From: Camelus dromedarius
Taxonomy: Eukaryota
Assembly: GCF_036321535.1 (NCBI RefSeq)
Contig: NC_087437.1
Location: 121,026,001 to 121,086,000 of the forward strand
Direction of reading: 5' to 3'
DNA: 60,000 nucleotides
Below the pieces are notes generated by a model. It saw only the letters and a list, made by a program, of their open reading frames with translations, searched no databases and was not told the origin of the DNA. Positions 11,545 through 24,099 of this stretch are shown here, piece by piece (position 1 is the stretch's first letter; every line of letters begins with the position of its first letter). A program made the position numbers and the translations under genes.

Positions 11545-14090
11545 TCTTCAACAGCTTCGCTGAGATCTAATTCACACGCTGTAAAGCTCATGAAGTGTGT
11601 GCTTCCATGCTTTTCAGTATATTTACAGAGTTTAATTTTAGAACAGCGCATCACCCCCAAAAGACACCAGGCCCACTAGTTGTCACTCCGCCTCCCCTCT
11701 CCCCTCAGCCATAGGCAACCTCTAGTCTGCTTTCTGTTGCTATAGAATTTACCTTTTCTGGACATTTCATATGAATCAGATAATGTAGTATGTACTTTTG
11801 TGTCTTGTTTCTTTTCCTTAGCATAATATTTTCAAGATTCATCCATATTGTACTCTGTTTCAGTATTCAATTCCTTTTTGTTGCTTAATAATATTCCATC
11901 GTACAGATATACCGCATTCTGTTTATCTATTCATCAGCTGGTGAGCATTTGAGTTGTTTCTGCTTTTTGGTTTTTTTTGTTTTCTTTTCTTTTTTAAAAA
12001 TTGAAGTATAGTCACTTTACAATGTTGTGTCAGTTTCTGGTGTACAGCATCATGTTTCAGTCATACATGCACACACATACATCCCTTTTCATATTTTTTT
12101 CCATTATAATTTACTGTAAGGTATTGAATATAGTTCCCTGTGCATCCTTTGCCCATTTTTCAAGTGGGTTGTCTTTTTTGTTGAGTTGTGAGAGCTCTTT
12201 GCATTTGGTTACCAGTCCCTTATCATATATATCATTTGCAAACAAGTCCTGCCATTTTGTGGGCTGTCTTTCCACTTTCCTTGAAGCATGAAAGTTACTA
12301 GTTTTGTTGAAATTCACCTGATGAATCTCTTTTATCATTTGTGCTTTTGGTGTCATATCTAAGAACCCATTGCCTAACTCAGAGTCACAAAGACCTATAC
12401 CTGTGGTCTTATTCTAAAAGTTTTACAGTTTTTTACAGCACAGGGAAATACATCCAAGATCTTGTAGTAGCTCATGGTGAAAAATAATATGAAAATGAAT
12501 ACATGTATGTTCATGTATGACTGAAAAATTGTGCTGTGCACCAGAAATTGACACAACATTGTAAACTGACTATACCTCAATAAAAAAATTAAGTTTTACA
12601 GTTTTATTTCCTAGTTTTGGCCATTGATGTATTTAAATTAGTTTTTGTATACAGTGTCAGGTAAGAGTCATTCTTTTGCATACAAATAGTAAGTTGTTCC
12701 AGCACCATTTGCTGAAAAGACTTCTTTCCCCATTGAACTGTCTTGGCATCCTTGTCAAACATCAGTTGACCATTAATGAAAGCGTTTACCTCCAGGCTCT
12801 CAGCCCCATCGCATATCTGTGAGTCCATCCTCTTGCCAATTCCACACTGGAGGTAAACTTGGCCAGTGTAGCTTTGTAGTAGGTTTTAAAATGGAGATGC
12901 GTGAGTTCTTCAACTTGGTTTTTTTGTTTTTTCAACATTTTTTGGCCTCTGGGTCCCTGGGGCCCATGTGAATTTTGGGATCAGCTTGTTAATTTCTCCA
13001 AAAAAGGCATCTAGGACTTTGAGTGGGATGTGTTGCCACTTATTTAGATCTTTGATTTCTTTCAATGGTATTTTGTAATTTTCAGTGTATAAAGGGACCT
13101 TCTTTTGCTAAATGTATTCCTAAGTGTTTTATTCTTTTTCATGCTGTTGTAAGTAGAATTGTTTTATTAATTGGATTATTTATTGCCAGTGCATAGAAAC
13201 ACACTGTGTTTTGTATCTTGATCTTGTTTCCTGACATCTTGCTGAACTTCTGTATTAGTGCCAATAGTTTTTAAGTGGGTTTTGGGGGGATTTGCTATGT
13301 GCAAGGTCATGTCACCTGTAAGTAGAGACCCCTTGTTCTTTCCAACCTGGATGTATTGTATTTCTCTTTCTTTCTTTCTTTCTTTTTTTTAAGAGATGTA
13401 CTTTATTTTTTAGAAGTAATTGTTTAGTTTTTTGAAGGGGGAGGTAATTAGGCTTATTTACTGATTTATTATTTTGTTCTTGTTATTAGCTGTAGTGGAA
13501 GCACTGGGGACTGACAATGTTCCAGTGGTTTTTGTCCTTTCTGCTGTTGATATGACGTATGGATTGATGTTCAGTTGTAAACAGCTCTGCATCCCGGGGA
13601 CGTGCCTCACTTGGTCACGGGTGGTGCCTAGTTCCTTTTACATGTGCTGGATTCAGTTCTGCTAGCACTTTGTTGATTTTGTGTCTGTTTTGTAGAAGGT
13701 ATCGGTCTGTAGTTTTCTTGTAATGTTTTGTCTGGCTCTGCTGTTAGGGCAGGACCAGCCTCCCAGAACCACTTAGGAAGTATTCCCTCCTCTTTTATGT
13801 TTTGGGAACATTTGTGAAGGATTGGACTTAATTCTTCTTTAAGTATCTGGCAGAGTTTGCCAGCGAAGCCGTCTGGGTCTGGACTCTGTGGAAAGGTTTA
13901 AAGTCACTAATTCAGTCTTTGTACTTGCTGTAGTTCTGTTCATATTTTCTACTTCTTCTTCAGTCACTTTTGTGTCTTTCTAGGGGTTTGTCCATTTTTC
14001 TAAATTATCTAATTTGTTGGCATATAATTTTTTGCAGTATTTTCGTATGGTTCTTTTTATTTTTGCAAGGTCGGTAGTAATGCCCTTTCT
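11545..14090 (-). mobile_element. Old antisense L1 (3' UTR plus ORF2 remnant) with nested younger inserts
   Basis: AT-rich block; minus-strand fragments such as VERQPTKWQDLFANDIYDKGLV and GQLMFDKDAKTVQWGKKS resemble L1 ORF2; nested L1 3' ends near 11990-12142 (-) and 12435-12590 (+); SINE fragment near 13430-13515. Confidence 0.88.
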
Positions 14091-14308
14091 TTCACCTGTG
14101 GCTTCCCGGCTTCCCTACGCAGCCACACCTCCTGCCCGTGGGGAAGCCCAGGTGTAGACAGACGCCCTCTTTGGGTTTTCCTCGGGCCTGGGCTGACAGC
14201 TGAGGTCACCCCGACGCTCAGGTGCCCAGGCCTGTGGGGACCATTGCCCAAGGACCCTGCTTCTCCGCCTGGCTTTCTGGGTTCACCTGCCCCTGCCTCC
14301 CGATGCAG

Positions 14309-14492
14309 GTGTGAACTTCAACCTGGACCAGTGCAGCCCCAACGGCACCGACCCCTACAAGCCCAAGTGCCCCGAGAGCGACATGGCGCGGCAGGAGCCC
14401 GCCTTCCCCGAGTGGCTGACGGTCATCCTGCTCTGCCTCTACCTGCTCTTCACCAACATCCTGCTGCTCAACCTGCTCATCGCCATGTTCAA
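14309..14492 (+). CDS. TRPM2: TRPM2 exon 20 (outer pore with two Cys, S6)
   Basis: cag|GT GTG AAC ... TTC AA|gtgagt; VNFNLDQCSPNGTDPYKPKCPE...NILLLNLLIAMF. Confidence 0.97.
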
Positions 14493-15862
14493 GTGAGTGC
14501 TGCCACGGGCTTGGCCAGGCTGCCTGGCCCCGCTGCCCGCCCTCGCTGGCGGTGCTGACCAAGTGCCAGCCCGGGACCCGGGACCCAGGACGCTGGCTCA
14601 GCCTGGGCTGGCAATGCACGGCCATCTCCCTGGCCCCTGCTGCGTCTGTCCAGGGCTCTGCAGCTGCAGGACCAGCCACGGGCCATGTGCTTGGAGGCTA
14701 TGAACTGGGGGGCACCGAAGTTTGTCTCCTCCACACCCTGGGGTCGGGGCTGCCGGGGGAGGGGGTGAGCTCCAAGCTGGAGCAGCCTGCGGACTCACTG
14801 GTGCCCCAGAGGGGGAGTCAGCCTCCCTGGAGGATGGATGTTGGTGCGCCTTGTGCAGGGGAGCATCAGGGATTCATGCCCAGGGCACTCGGGAAGCCCC
14901 TGTTCCTTGGGGAAAATTCGATGTCACGGGTTGTCTGCGGGGATGAGCGGGGAGAGCTTTCAGTACAGCCCTCCCCCAGTGCAGAGAAGGGAGCCGGGCT
15001 GGAGCGGGAGGGCAGCCATTGTCTGAGGTCTTCTCTAGGCGGGGAGGTGGGGGGTGGGGCAGCAGCGTTACTGGGAGTCCCGCGGTGCTGGACCACCCTT
15101 AGGCGCTCTCCGCTCTCCACGTTGGGACAGGGGCACGAGGGCAGCCCTGGCGGGGGTGCTGAGGCCGACAGCCCCCGTGGCTCAGGGCACCGCCAGCCCC
15201 TCAGAGCCCCTCGTGGCCTCTGCAGAAGGGCCCGTGGGGCCTGTGGCTCCAGTGAAAATCCCTTCACTCCTGGTTTGGTCACCTTTGCTGTTCGCTTTTG
15301 CCATATTCTGATTTAACGTGTGTTCTGAACAGTGAGAGACCCTGACTGTGTGCCGGGCTGTGACGGGGGCGGCCAGGGGTCAGTGGGCAGGGCACTGTGC
15401 CTGCAGCACGTCCAGCGGGTGCGGCTGTGTCCCAGCCCTGCCCGGCCTCCCTCCCAAGGTCTCCTTCTGTCAAGGGTTTGGCTCAGGTGAAGTCCCTCCA
15501 TGAGACCCACAAGGTGTAGAGAATAAACGTATTGGCCTGTTGAAGACAGCGTCCCTTCTGCTGGTCAGCTTCAGTGCAGGACACCATCCAACTCTCGACC
15601 CATGCAGCGTTGCTTTATCCTCTAGGGAGGTTTATAAAATCTAAAATCTGGGTCTTCTTTCCTCCTCCTCCCCTTGGCTCCCAGGGAGCTCAGAATCCTG
15701 AGACTGGCTGGTCAGCTGCCTTTTTCTGCATCTACAGTTGCCCTCCTGGGTGGGGGGGTGTGTTTGCTTTTTAGGGGCGGTTGTGGCCGACCCCGGGCAG
15801 GGATGTGGGCGTGTTTCCTGTGATCCTGCCCCCGTAACCCATGTGCTCCTTTCCCCCACCAG

Positions 15863-16044
15863 CTACACGTTCCAGCAGGTCCAGGAGCACACAGACCAGA
15901 TCTGGAAGTTCCAACGCCACGACCTGATAGAGGAGTATCAGGGCCGGCCCCCCGCGCCGCCCCCATTCATCCTCCTCAGCCACCTGCACCTCTTCGTCAG
16001 GAGGGTCGTCCTGAAGATCCCCTCCAGGCGGCACAGGCAGCTCA
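15863..16044 (+). CDS. TRPM2: TRPM2 exon 21 (TRP helix)
   Basis: cag|C TAC ACG ... CTC A|gtgcgc; YTFQQVQEHTDQIWKFQRHDLIEEYQGRPPAPPPFILLSHL...RHRQL. Confidence 0.96.
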
Positions 16045-16296
16045 GTGCGCCGTCCCCTCCCTCATCCCCAGAGCGGCTCCCGGGTCCTGGGGTGGGACGG
16101 GGTGGGAGAGGGTGCAGCTCCTAGACTCCTGGGACCTCAGCAGATGTGCAGGCACCCCCAGGCCACTGACTTCCTGCCGGGCCACTCGGGGCGGGCTCCT
16201 CCGGCCCCCCAGGGTCTCGGCCCTCCCAGCGGAGCCCGCAGTGGGGGCAGTGGGTCAGAGCCCCACGTCCTCTGTCCGCTCGCCCTCCCCCGGCAG

Positions 16297-16429
16297 AGGA
16301 CAAGCTGGAGAAGAACGAGGAGGCGGCCCTCCTGTCCTGGGAGATGTACCTGAAGGAAAGTTACCTGCAGAGCCAGCAGCTCCAGAAGAAGCAGCGCCCA
16401 GAGCAGAAGGTCCAGGACATCAGTGAGAA
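16297..16429 (+). CDS. TRPM2: TRPM2 exon 22
   Basis: cag|AG GAC AAG ... GAG AA|gtacgt; KDKLEKNEEAALLSWEMYLKESYLQSQQLQKKQRPEQKVQDISE. Confidence 0.95.
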
Positions 16430-16954
16430 GTACGTGGCGCCGGCCCCTCAGGCTGGACGCCGCAGCCCCTGCGGGTCCAGGACACAACAAGGACGCGCTC
16501 CCGGGGGAGGCCCCGCGACTGTCACCTGAGCAGAAACCCCCATACCGCGGCCCCTGCACTGGGCCTGTGTCCACGCCCCTCCCTCTGGGTCCCACAGGCA
16601 GCTGGGCTGACCCTGGCTCCGCCATGGTAGGAGGTGGGGTCGGGGAGGCCCACCCCAGGCCTGGGAGGACCCGCAGTGAGCTCGTTGGCACTCGGCTTGG
16701 CTGCAGCTCCTTGGGGGCCTCGGCAGCCAGCCTGGAGCCCAGGCACACTCCACACCCTCTCTGCTCTCAGCTTCCTTCCAGGGTGTGAGGTCGGAGTTGG
16801 GTCCCTTCCCTCCACCCTCCCCAAGCCCTGGCAGGTGCCGCAGGGCCAGACTGCCTCAGGGCACAGGTTGGGGGAGCGCTGGTCCTGAGGAGGGACGGGT
16901 GCCATGTCCAGGCCCCCAGGCCGGCCTGCTGGGCTCAGCCAGGTGCTCTGTTAG

Positions 16955-17042
16955 GGTGGACACCATGGTGGACCTGCTGGAAATGGCACGTCTGAAGCGG
17001 CTGGGCTCCATGGAGCAGAGGCTGGTCTCCCTGGAAGAGCAG
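16955..17042 (+). CDS. TRPM2: TRPM2 exon 23 (coiled coil)
   Basis: tag|G GTG GAC ... GAG CAG|gtgggt; VDTMVDLLEMARLKRLGSMEQRLVSLEEQ. Confidence 0.95.
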
Positions 17043-18673
17043 GTGGGTTCTGGGCTGGGGCCTCTGTTTCTGGGCCTGGATCCGATGGCCCTGGTCGGTC
17101 ATTCAGCAGTGTTGTGGCTTCGAGAAGGAGCATGCTGGGAAACTGACCAGGAGGAGGTGGGGACATCAGCGCAGTTGTTCCCAACCAGCAGGGGGCCCTC
17201 CAGTCCTCTAGAAGATTCTGCCAAACACTCCGCTGCCTGAGCTCCACCACACCACCCTGTGAGGTGGCCACGCCATGGGCCAGTCTGAGGGAACAAACTT
17301 GTCCCCTCCTCTGGCCTCCTTGGAGCTGTCCTCTGAGATGGCCGCTGTCTCCAGACTCCTCCCCCGGAACCTGGGAGGGGGCTGTGGAAATTACCAGTGG
17401 CCCTCAGCTGCTTTCTCAGGCTGTGCTGGGACGGAGGGAGGCCGCGGGGGCCAGCAAGGGTGTGTGTGAGTGTCCGTGCGGACAGCTGGACTGAGGGGCA
17501 ACATCAGAGAGCAGTGTGTGGACATCTCGGACCAGCCCCAGATGAGAGGGAGGTGACCAATAGGCAATAGACAAGCAGCCTCCCCCCACCCCTCCCACCT
17601 CAGTGCCCACTGATGCTCCCCCTACCAGCGGGGCAGCCCCGAGCGGCCTCACGTCCAAGAGTCATCACCCTGCAGGCCAGCTGGGCTCGGCACCTGAGCA
17701 ACGCAGAGGGACAGTATGCGTGTTAGTCCACCCAGCCTCCCAAACCACCCAGTTGTCCACCCGCCCATCCCTCCTCTGTCCATCCAACCACCCACCCACC
17801 CCGTGTTTCCTGCAGACCTCCACCATGCCTGCTCAGGGCTGGCCTGAGAATGTCGGGGTAACAGGCATTGCCTCACACTTGGAGCATCCAGCCAGGGAGG
17901 AGGCACAGACGCAAAGGTCCATTGTCACAGTGCAGTTCATTGAGCACAGTGAACAAGGTGGACGCAGAGGCTGGTGGTCAGGGAGGCCTCAGGACTCCAG
18001 GGCCGAGACGGTGGACCAGGCAGAAGTCAGGCACCCGCCCCTCCTTGGCCCTCCTGCTGAGCTCCAACCCTGTCCCCGCTGCGCTGCGGGCCTGCCCTGG
18101 GTCCCGCCCTGCGTGCTTCTCATCTCCCCGACTGCCCCATCCCCAGAACCTGTGCTCTCCAACGAGAGCCCTTGCTGCCCCGAGCAGCCCCTGAGCCCCC
18201 ACGCTGTCGCCGAGTGGTGCCCAAGCAGGCTCGCCGTGCCGGGCGGGGAGCAGGCCGCTCGGCCCTGCCCTGGGGACCGCTGCACGCGGGGCCTGCCCCG
18301 GCACCTTCCCCCCCGACACCCCTGAAATGGGTGTGGCGCCACGGAGCTGCGTTCTCCTGGCCCCTGTTAGTCACAGGTGGGTCCCACGGTCGCCTGTAAT
18401 TGAGCACGTTTGGCCTCTGGACGTTTCTTTCCTCAGTTGTGCGCTGCGCTTTTCCTGGGGCTCAGATCTCTCACTGGGGCTTCACGTTGGTCCAAAGGCC
18501 TCCAGGTGTCCAGTCCCAGGGTCACTGTGTCTCACAGGCAGGTGCTGCCGACAGTCAGTGGCCGTGACTCCGGGCAGAGCCCTGGCGGTGCTGGCGGCTG
18601 CCTGGGCAGCAGAGAGCCGGGAGGGGCTGGGTGTTCTGTGTGGACCACTTCTTGTTGGGGATGTGCCTTTCAG

Positions 18674-18761
18674 GTGGCCCAGACGACCAGAGCGTTGCAC
18701 TGGGTTGTGAAGAGCCTGCGGGCCAGCGGCTTTGGCTCGGAGGAGGGCGTCCCCACCCTGG
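18674..18761 (+). CDS. TRPM2: TRPM2 exon 24
   Basis: cag|GTG GCC CAG ... CTG G|gtgagt; VAQTTRALHWVVKSLRASGFGSEEGVPTL. Confidence 0.95.
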
Positions 18762-19424
18762 GTGAGTGGGTGTCGTCCAGCAGCTGGTCTCACCACCTGT
18801 GTTCTTTTGAGCCTTGGGGTCTGTGGGGAGCAGAGGCAGCAGGCCCGGTGCCTCGGGGGGTGGGGCCCGCCCCACAGATACAGGTGCCGAGTGCAGCCAA
18901 GCCCCCAGTTTGACCAGGCTGGGGGACTCTAGAGGTGGCCTGGCCACAGTCCCCGTCCTCCTCCTGGGCGTCATGCTACAAAGTGGGGGCGGCTCCAGGA
19001 GACGCCTGAGGCCCAGTCCCATAGACTGGATGACACAATGCAGAGCCGTTGTTCCAAATCGGCAGCCATCCGAGAAGTGGGCATGAGTAACCATCTTGGG
19101 GTGTTGCTGGCCCGGGAGGAGCAGGCACGCTCTCCTTAACGGGGCGGGCGTCTATAAGGCCTGCGAGCCCCGCTAACTGCCGGGGGCTCTACACGCGGAG
19201 GCAGGTGCCTGACCCCCGGCCTCTGTCCTCCGAGGGCTGCAGTGCAGAGGACCCCGGGGAGGACGCCCCATTTGGGGCTAGTGTTCGACCTAGTCTCAGG
19301 GAGGTGGAGGCAGCCCAGAAGTTTAGGAGAGAAGACCACAGAGGATGGCCCTGTCCCACGGGCCAGACACCTGGGCCCGGGCCCAGCTTTGCCCATGGCT
19401 CCGCGCGGCTGTTCCCCTTCCCAG

Positions 19425-19582
19425 TACCCCAGAAGGTCTCGGAGGGGCAGGACCCTGAGCTGGACAGAGGGCAGAAGGCAGAGGACCCGGGTGACGCGTA
19501 CCACGTGAACGCCCGGCACCTCTTCTACCCTGGCTCCTCGGTCCTGCGTTTCCCAGTGCCCAACGAGAAGGTGCCCTGGGAG
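19425..19582 (+). CDS. TRPM2: TRPM2 exon 25 (linker, start of NUDT9H)
   Basis: cag|TA CCC CAG ... TGG GAG|gtgagt; PQKVSEGQ...YHVNARHLFYPGSSVLRFPVPNEKVPWE. Confidence 0.94.
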
Positions 19583-20171
19583 GTGAGTGCCTGTCCTGGA
19601 TGCAGGTGCCTGGAGTTCTTGAGGGGAGCGGTCCCACCCCAAACCCTCTGACCCACCTGGGTGGCAGCCTCACGGGGACCCAATGGACAGACGAGGAAGC
19701 AGAGACACACAGGTCCACGCAGCCAGAGGGGGTGGAGCTGGGGGTTGAGTCCAGGATGCCGGTGGGCCTCTGCCCTGCCTGTCCTACACCCCTGTCTGAG
19801 CAGATGGTCACTGCCCCCTTTCTGAGCGCCAGGTGAGTGTAAGCACCAGAGACAGGGAGAAAGGGAGTGAGATGGACAAGGCGTCATGCCCACCCCCAGC
19901 TTCTCTGGCTTTCCTGGAACATTCCGGGCTGTTGCTTCTTCCGCCTTCTCCCCAGCCTCTGCCAGCGGGAATCCTTCTCAGCTCTAGAGCCCAGCCTAGC
20001 CTCCCCCCGCCCCCACCTCCGTCCTCGGGAGACCCCCCTCGACCGCCCCGCCCCGCCCTGCGGCAGGTCTGGGTGGGCACATCCTCAGATCCGCAAGCTC
20101 AGGCCCCCGCGCGCCCTGCGGGGCCGTCCGGGTCTGGGCGGTGACATCTGCGGGCACTGCCCTGCTTGCAG

Positions 20172-20248
20172 GTGGAGTTCCTCATCTACGACCCGCCCTT
20201 TCACACGGCCGACAGGAGGGACAAGGACTCGGTGGACCCCATGGGAGA
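20172..20248 (+). CDS. TRPM2: TRPM2 exon 26
   Basis: cag|GTG GAG TTC ... GGA GA|gtgagt; VEFLIYDPPFHTADRRDKDSVDPMG. Confidence 0.95.
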
Positions 20249-20394
20249 GTGAGTGTCCTGCCTCCTGTCTGTCCTCCCTGAGGGCTGGGGAGGGAGGGAC
20301 CCTTGTGTCCTCGGGCTGACCTTCTGAGGGTCACCGCAGCCACTCTGCCTCCCACCGTCTCTCTCGGGGACGTGACCTCTCATCTCGCTCCCAG

Positions 20395-20496
20395 TGCCCT
20401 GGAGCCTCTGTCCAGGATCAGCTACAACGCGGTGGACGGACACCTGGACCGACGCAGCTCCCACGGGACCTACGCCGTCCGGGACGGGCTCCCTCT
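20395..20496 (+). CDS. TRPM2: TRPM2 exon 27 (102 nt, symmetric; the exon skipped in human TRPM2-deltaC)
   Basis: cag|T GCC CTG ... CCT CT|gtgagt; ALEPLSRISYNAVDGHLDRRSSHGTYAVRDGLP. Confidence 0.95.
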
Positions 20497-21764
20497 GTGA
20501 GTGCCCTGCCTGGCCCTCCTCTGCGGCCTCTGGGCTTTTTCTCCCAGCATCAGCTTTCCTCTTCCGCAAAATGGGTGTTTTCTGCTAAAAAGAAACGAAA
20601 TAGGGAAGAAACACCCTCAACATCAAGTGTTTCCCTAGCCCACCCACCGCCCCCAGTGGCTTGCTCCCCGCCGCCTCCCTGGACACGCATGGGCAGGTGG
20701 GGGCCCGGGTGCTGCACCCTCGTCCCCTGACGTGACCTGTAGGACTCGGCTCCCGGGGTGGTGAAACAGGGCCCCTTGTGCGTGGGGATGAAGCGGGGGA
20801 GCCGGGAAAGGGCCCCTGGGTTGCACGTCGGGGACGGAGATGTTTCCAGGTCTGTCCTCTGTAGGGACGAGCGCTGCACCCCAGTGCACAGGGGGGAACG
20901 TCAAACATAGAGACGAAGGTGACCCACGGCGTCAGGGCCAACGCGCACTTAGCGAACACCTACTGTGTGCCAGCCTGGGGTTCAGAGGTCAAAGAGCCTC
21001 CTCTGACCGGGGTCACTGGGGAGGCCACACCACCAGGGACCGGAGCCTATGGAGGGTCTGTCAGAGTCGGAGGAGGGACCACAGGTGTCTTGGGACGCAG
21101 GGACCCCATGGAGTGGGCAGGATCCAAGGGGCCTGAGGGAGGAGGCAGGTGGCAGGCCTCTCCGGGAATGTTCTGGAACAGGGAGTGGGTGACTCTGCTG
21201 TGGCGGAGGCCGTGGGAGGAGGTGGTGGGAGGCGGGTAGAGCACGAGAACAGACATGACCAGGAGCGGCTCCAGCCCTGGACAGGGGAGCAGGTGGGGGA
21301 CGCGGCGATGAGGAAGAGAGCAGGACAGACTGTCACGGGCTGGGGCATCGTCGGGTGCCGGCTCACAACATGCCTCCGGACACGGCATGATGGTCGGTCT
21401 CAGTCAGGCGCTCTCTGGGGGACTGTGATGCCTCCCGCGTCTGCGGTGGGGCTGGGCTTTGGCTCCCAAGGAGACCTCTTTCCTTTTTAACCCCCCAAGG
21501 TAACCTGAAGCCCCCGCCTCACCCTTGAAGTCCCTGAGGGTTAGGGTTTGGCATGGACAGCCCCAGCGGGGGACGTGGAGTCTGCCAGACTGTGGAGGGG
21601 CTGGCAGGTGTCGGGCGTCCCATCCGGGCTCCTCACAGGGTGACCCCTTCCTGCTCCTGTCTGGGGGACTGCCTGCACCAGGGCAGGTCTGGGCGGGGCC
21701 CCCGCCTGCTGCCCCCTCCCTGCCCCGCCCAGGTTCCCCCAGCTGCAGACCCCTCTCCACCCAG

Positions 21765-21851
21765 GAACCCCATGGGCCGCACCGGGCTGCGTGGGCGCGG
21801 GGGCCTCAGCTGCTTTGGCCCCAACCACACACTGCAGCCTGTGATCACCCG
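21765..21851 (+). CDS. TRPM2: TRPM2 exon 28
   Basis: cag|G AAC CCC ... ACC CG|gtgagt; NPMGRTGLRGRGGLSCFGPNHTLQPVIT. Confidence 0.96.
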
Positions 21852-22085
21852 GTGAGTAGCCCCAGATGGGGACACACAGTCGCCCACACGCCTCAGCCCC
21901 TGCTCAGAGAGCCCAGAGGACGGCTCGCACTTGGCTGGGCCTGGGCAAACGTGGGCACACCCCAGAACACAGGGCAGGGACGTCCATGCCCCCTCCCCAA
22001 AACCCAGGTCCTTGCTTCCCCTGAGGCTGCCCTCTCTTCCCCGTGGGCCCTCCTCCCTTAGAGGCCGCTGGGGTCAGGGACAAAG

Positions 22086-22151
22086 CCAGGGCCCAGGCCC
22101 ACCACGTGGACAAAATGACCAGGGCCCGGGCCCACCATGCGGACAAAATGA
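22086..22151. repeat. 33-bp tandem duplication
   Basis: ccagggcccaggcccaccacgtggacaaaatga / ccagggcccgggcccaccatgcggacaaaatga. Confidence 0.9.
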
Positions 22152-22433
22152 AAATCCGTATAAATCTGCAGGCGTTTCCAGAGAATCACAGGGGTGGGGC
22201 GGCCGAGCCCAGGCACATGCTCCTGTAAGGCTTTTGAGGGAAGAATGTGCTCCACATAGGCCGAGCCCTTCCAGCCCCTCAGCGGTGTGGGGCCGGGCAG
22301 ACGCCCGTGGTGGCTGCCATCTCTGTCCCGGGAGCAGGTGCTCGGGAGACAGGGTGGGCCGCTCGTGGCCCCCGGGGTGGGGAAGGGCTGACATCAGCAC
22401 GTGGGGAGGTGACAGCCCCGGTCCCTTCTGCAG

Positions 22434-22539
22434 GTGGAAGCGGAACCAGGACGGCGCCATCTGCAGGAAAAGCATAAAGAAGATGCTGGAAGTGCTGGCA
22501 GTGAGACCCCCCCTCTCGGAGCACTGGGCCCTGCCCGGG
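22434..22539 (+). CDS. TRPM2: TRPM2 exon 29
   Basis: cag|G TGG AAG ... CCC GGG|gtaagc; WKRNQDGAICRKSIKKMLEVLAVRPPLSEHWALPG. Confidence 0.96.
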
Positions 22540-24099
22540 GTAAGCCAGCGCCAGTGCCGACCCGGGCCCTCATCCACTCTGCCCACTGACCGGTCACCAC
22601 CGCCCACCCACGGTCACTGTCCTAGACAGCTTGAACCCTGTCCCTGGTCCTGAATGGCAAAGGCTGGGCCTTGCCTTTTTAGGAGAATTTCCCCCTCCTA
22701 TTACTCATTTTGTGGTTGTGAAAACAGATTCAGATGTTCTTTGGAGGGTAAGCACTAACTGAGCACCTACTGTATCCTGGGCACTGGGCTCAGGGCTGGG
22801 GCTCCCTCCCTGTGAGGCTCAGGAGGTTTGGGGCAGAGGCAGCTCCCCAGGTCCCAGGTGTGCACCTGCCCCTCGCCTGCATCCGGAGCTAAGCCCTGAG
22901 GCCAGGACTGCGTTGTCCAGGGGCGGGGTTGGGGGCGCTCGGACCTCACCTCGGAGCCATGGCTGGTGGCAGGGCTGAAGGCTGGCGTGCTCCCCAGAGG
23001 CCTCATGGTGACTGACGTAGTTGAGGGTGTGGAAGGGCCCCACGGGGACTGTCCTGTCCAAGTGAGCCCAACCGCTCAGGTTTTGCCCCATCAAATTGCC
23101 CTCTGCCCCCCACCCCATCGCTGCTCTGGGGTCAGAACAGACTCACCCTGGCAGGAGGCTGGTGTGCAGTATCTGGTGAGGCTGTGTCTGGGAGCCTCTT
23201 CTCTGAGCTGTTCCCCGGGGGTGGGGGGAATCCAAGGTGTACCCCAGCTCAGCAGGGAGCCATCCGGTTTCTCCTAACCTCCCCCACCCCACCCCTCAGC
23301 CCTGGCCCAGTGGCTGCTCTGCTGGGGCAGCAAGTAGATGGGTACGTGGGGGCAGTGGTACACCTGAGGGTCTTCAGACCCAAACCAGGATTCCCGGGCC
23401 GTGGGTGGCTCTGGTTCCTGCAGCCCCGAGCCCTGTGCCTGCCAGCCCCAAGCCCAGGCCAGCCCCGCCCCCTGCAGGTCCTCCAGAGTCACCCAGCCTC
23501 CCTCTCCAGCACTGTGGTCTCTCCTGCCGACAGGCATCCTCTGAGCGGTGTCCCTGTAGCCCCAAGTGGGGTCCTGGGGACATCTGATGGTCCCCGCTGC
23601 CACAGCCAGTGAGGGGACAGAGTACCTCTGGGGTCAAGGGGGATGGACATGACATGGACCCAGAGGGACTTCACATGACAAGCAGGGTCCCTGGATGGCT
23701 GGGGAGGGGAATGCGGCTACAGGCCCGTGTCCAGGGGCAGGTGGCATCAGGGGTGCCAGGGATCCCGGCGTGCCAGAGCAGAGGCTGAAAACAGGTGCAG
23801 GGTACACACACACCACGAGGTGGCCCTCTCACTGGTGGCCGGGGCAGTGGCAGTCAGGGTGCTGGCTACCCTACGGTGCCCAGTGTGTGCTCCTCAGAGG
23901 CTGTGCCTTTGGCCTGACGTGGGCTGACGTGGGCAGTGGGCTCTGGACAATGTCACTCGGGCCCTGAGGCAGCCACTGCCAGACACTTGTCCGCCTGTGG
24001 CTCCAGGGGGCTGGCCAGCTGCCCACGCTGGGCAGGCAGCCTGGGGAGGCAGGTCCCCGGAGGGCCTTGCCCACCTGCCTCCCCTCCCTGTCTGCTCAG

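Noticed and set aside
17603..18325. 240-aa ORF in TRPM2 intron 23
   Set aside because: Non-ATG start, low complexity and no clear exon boundaries or homology
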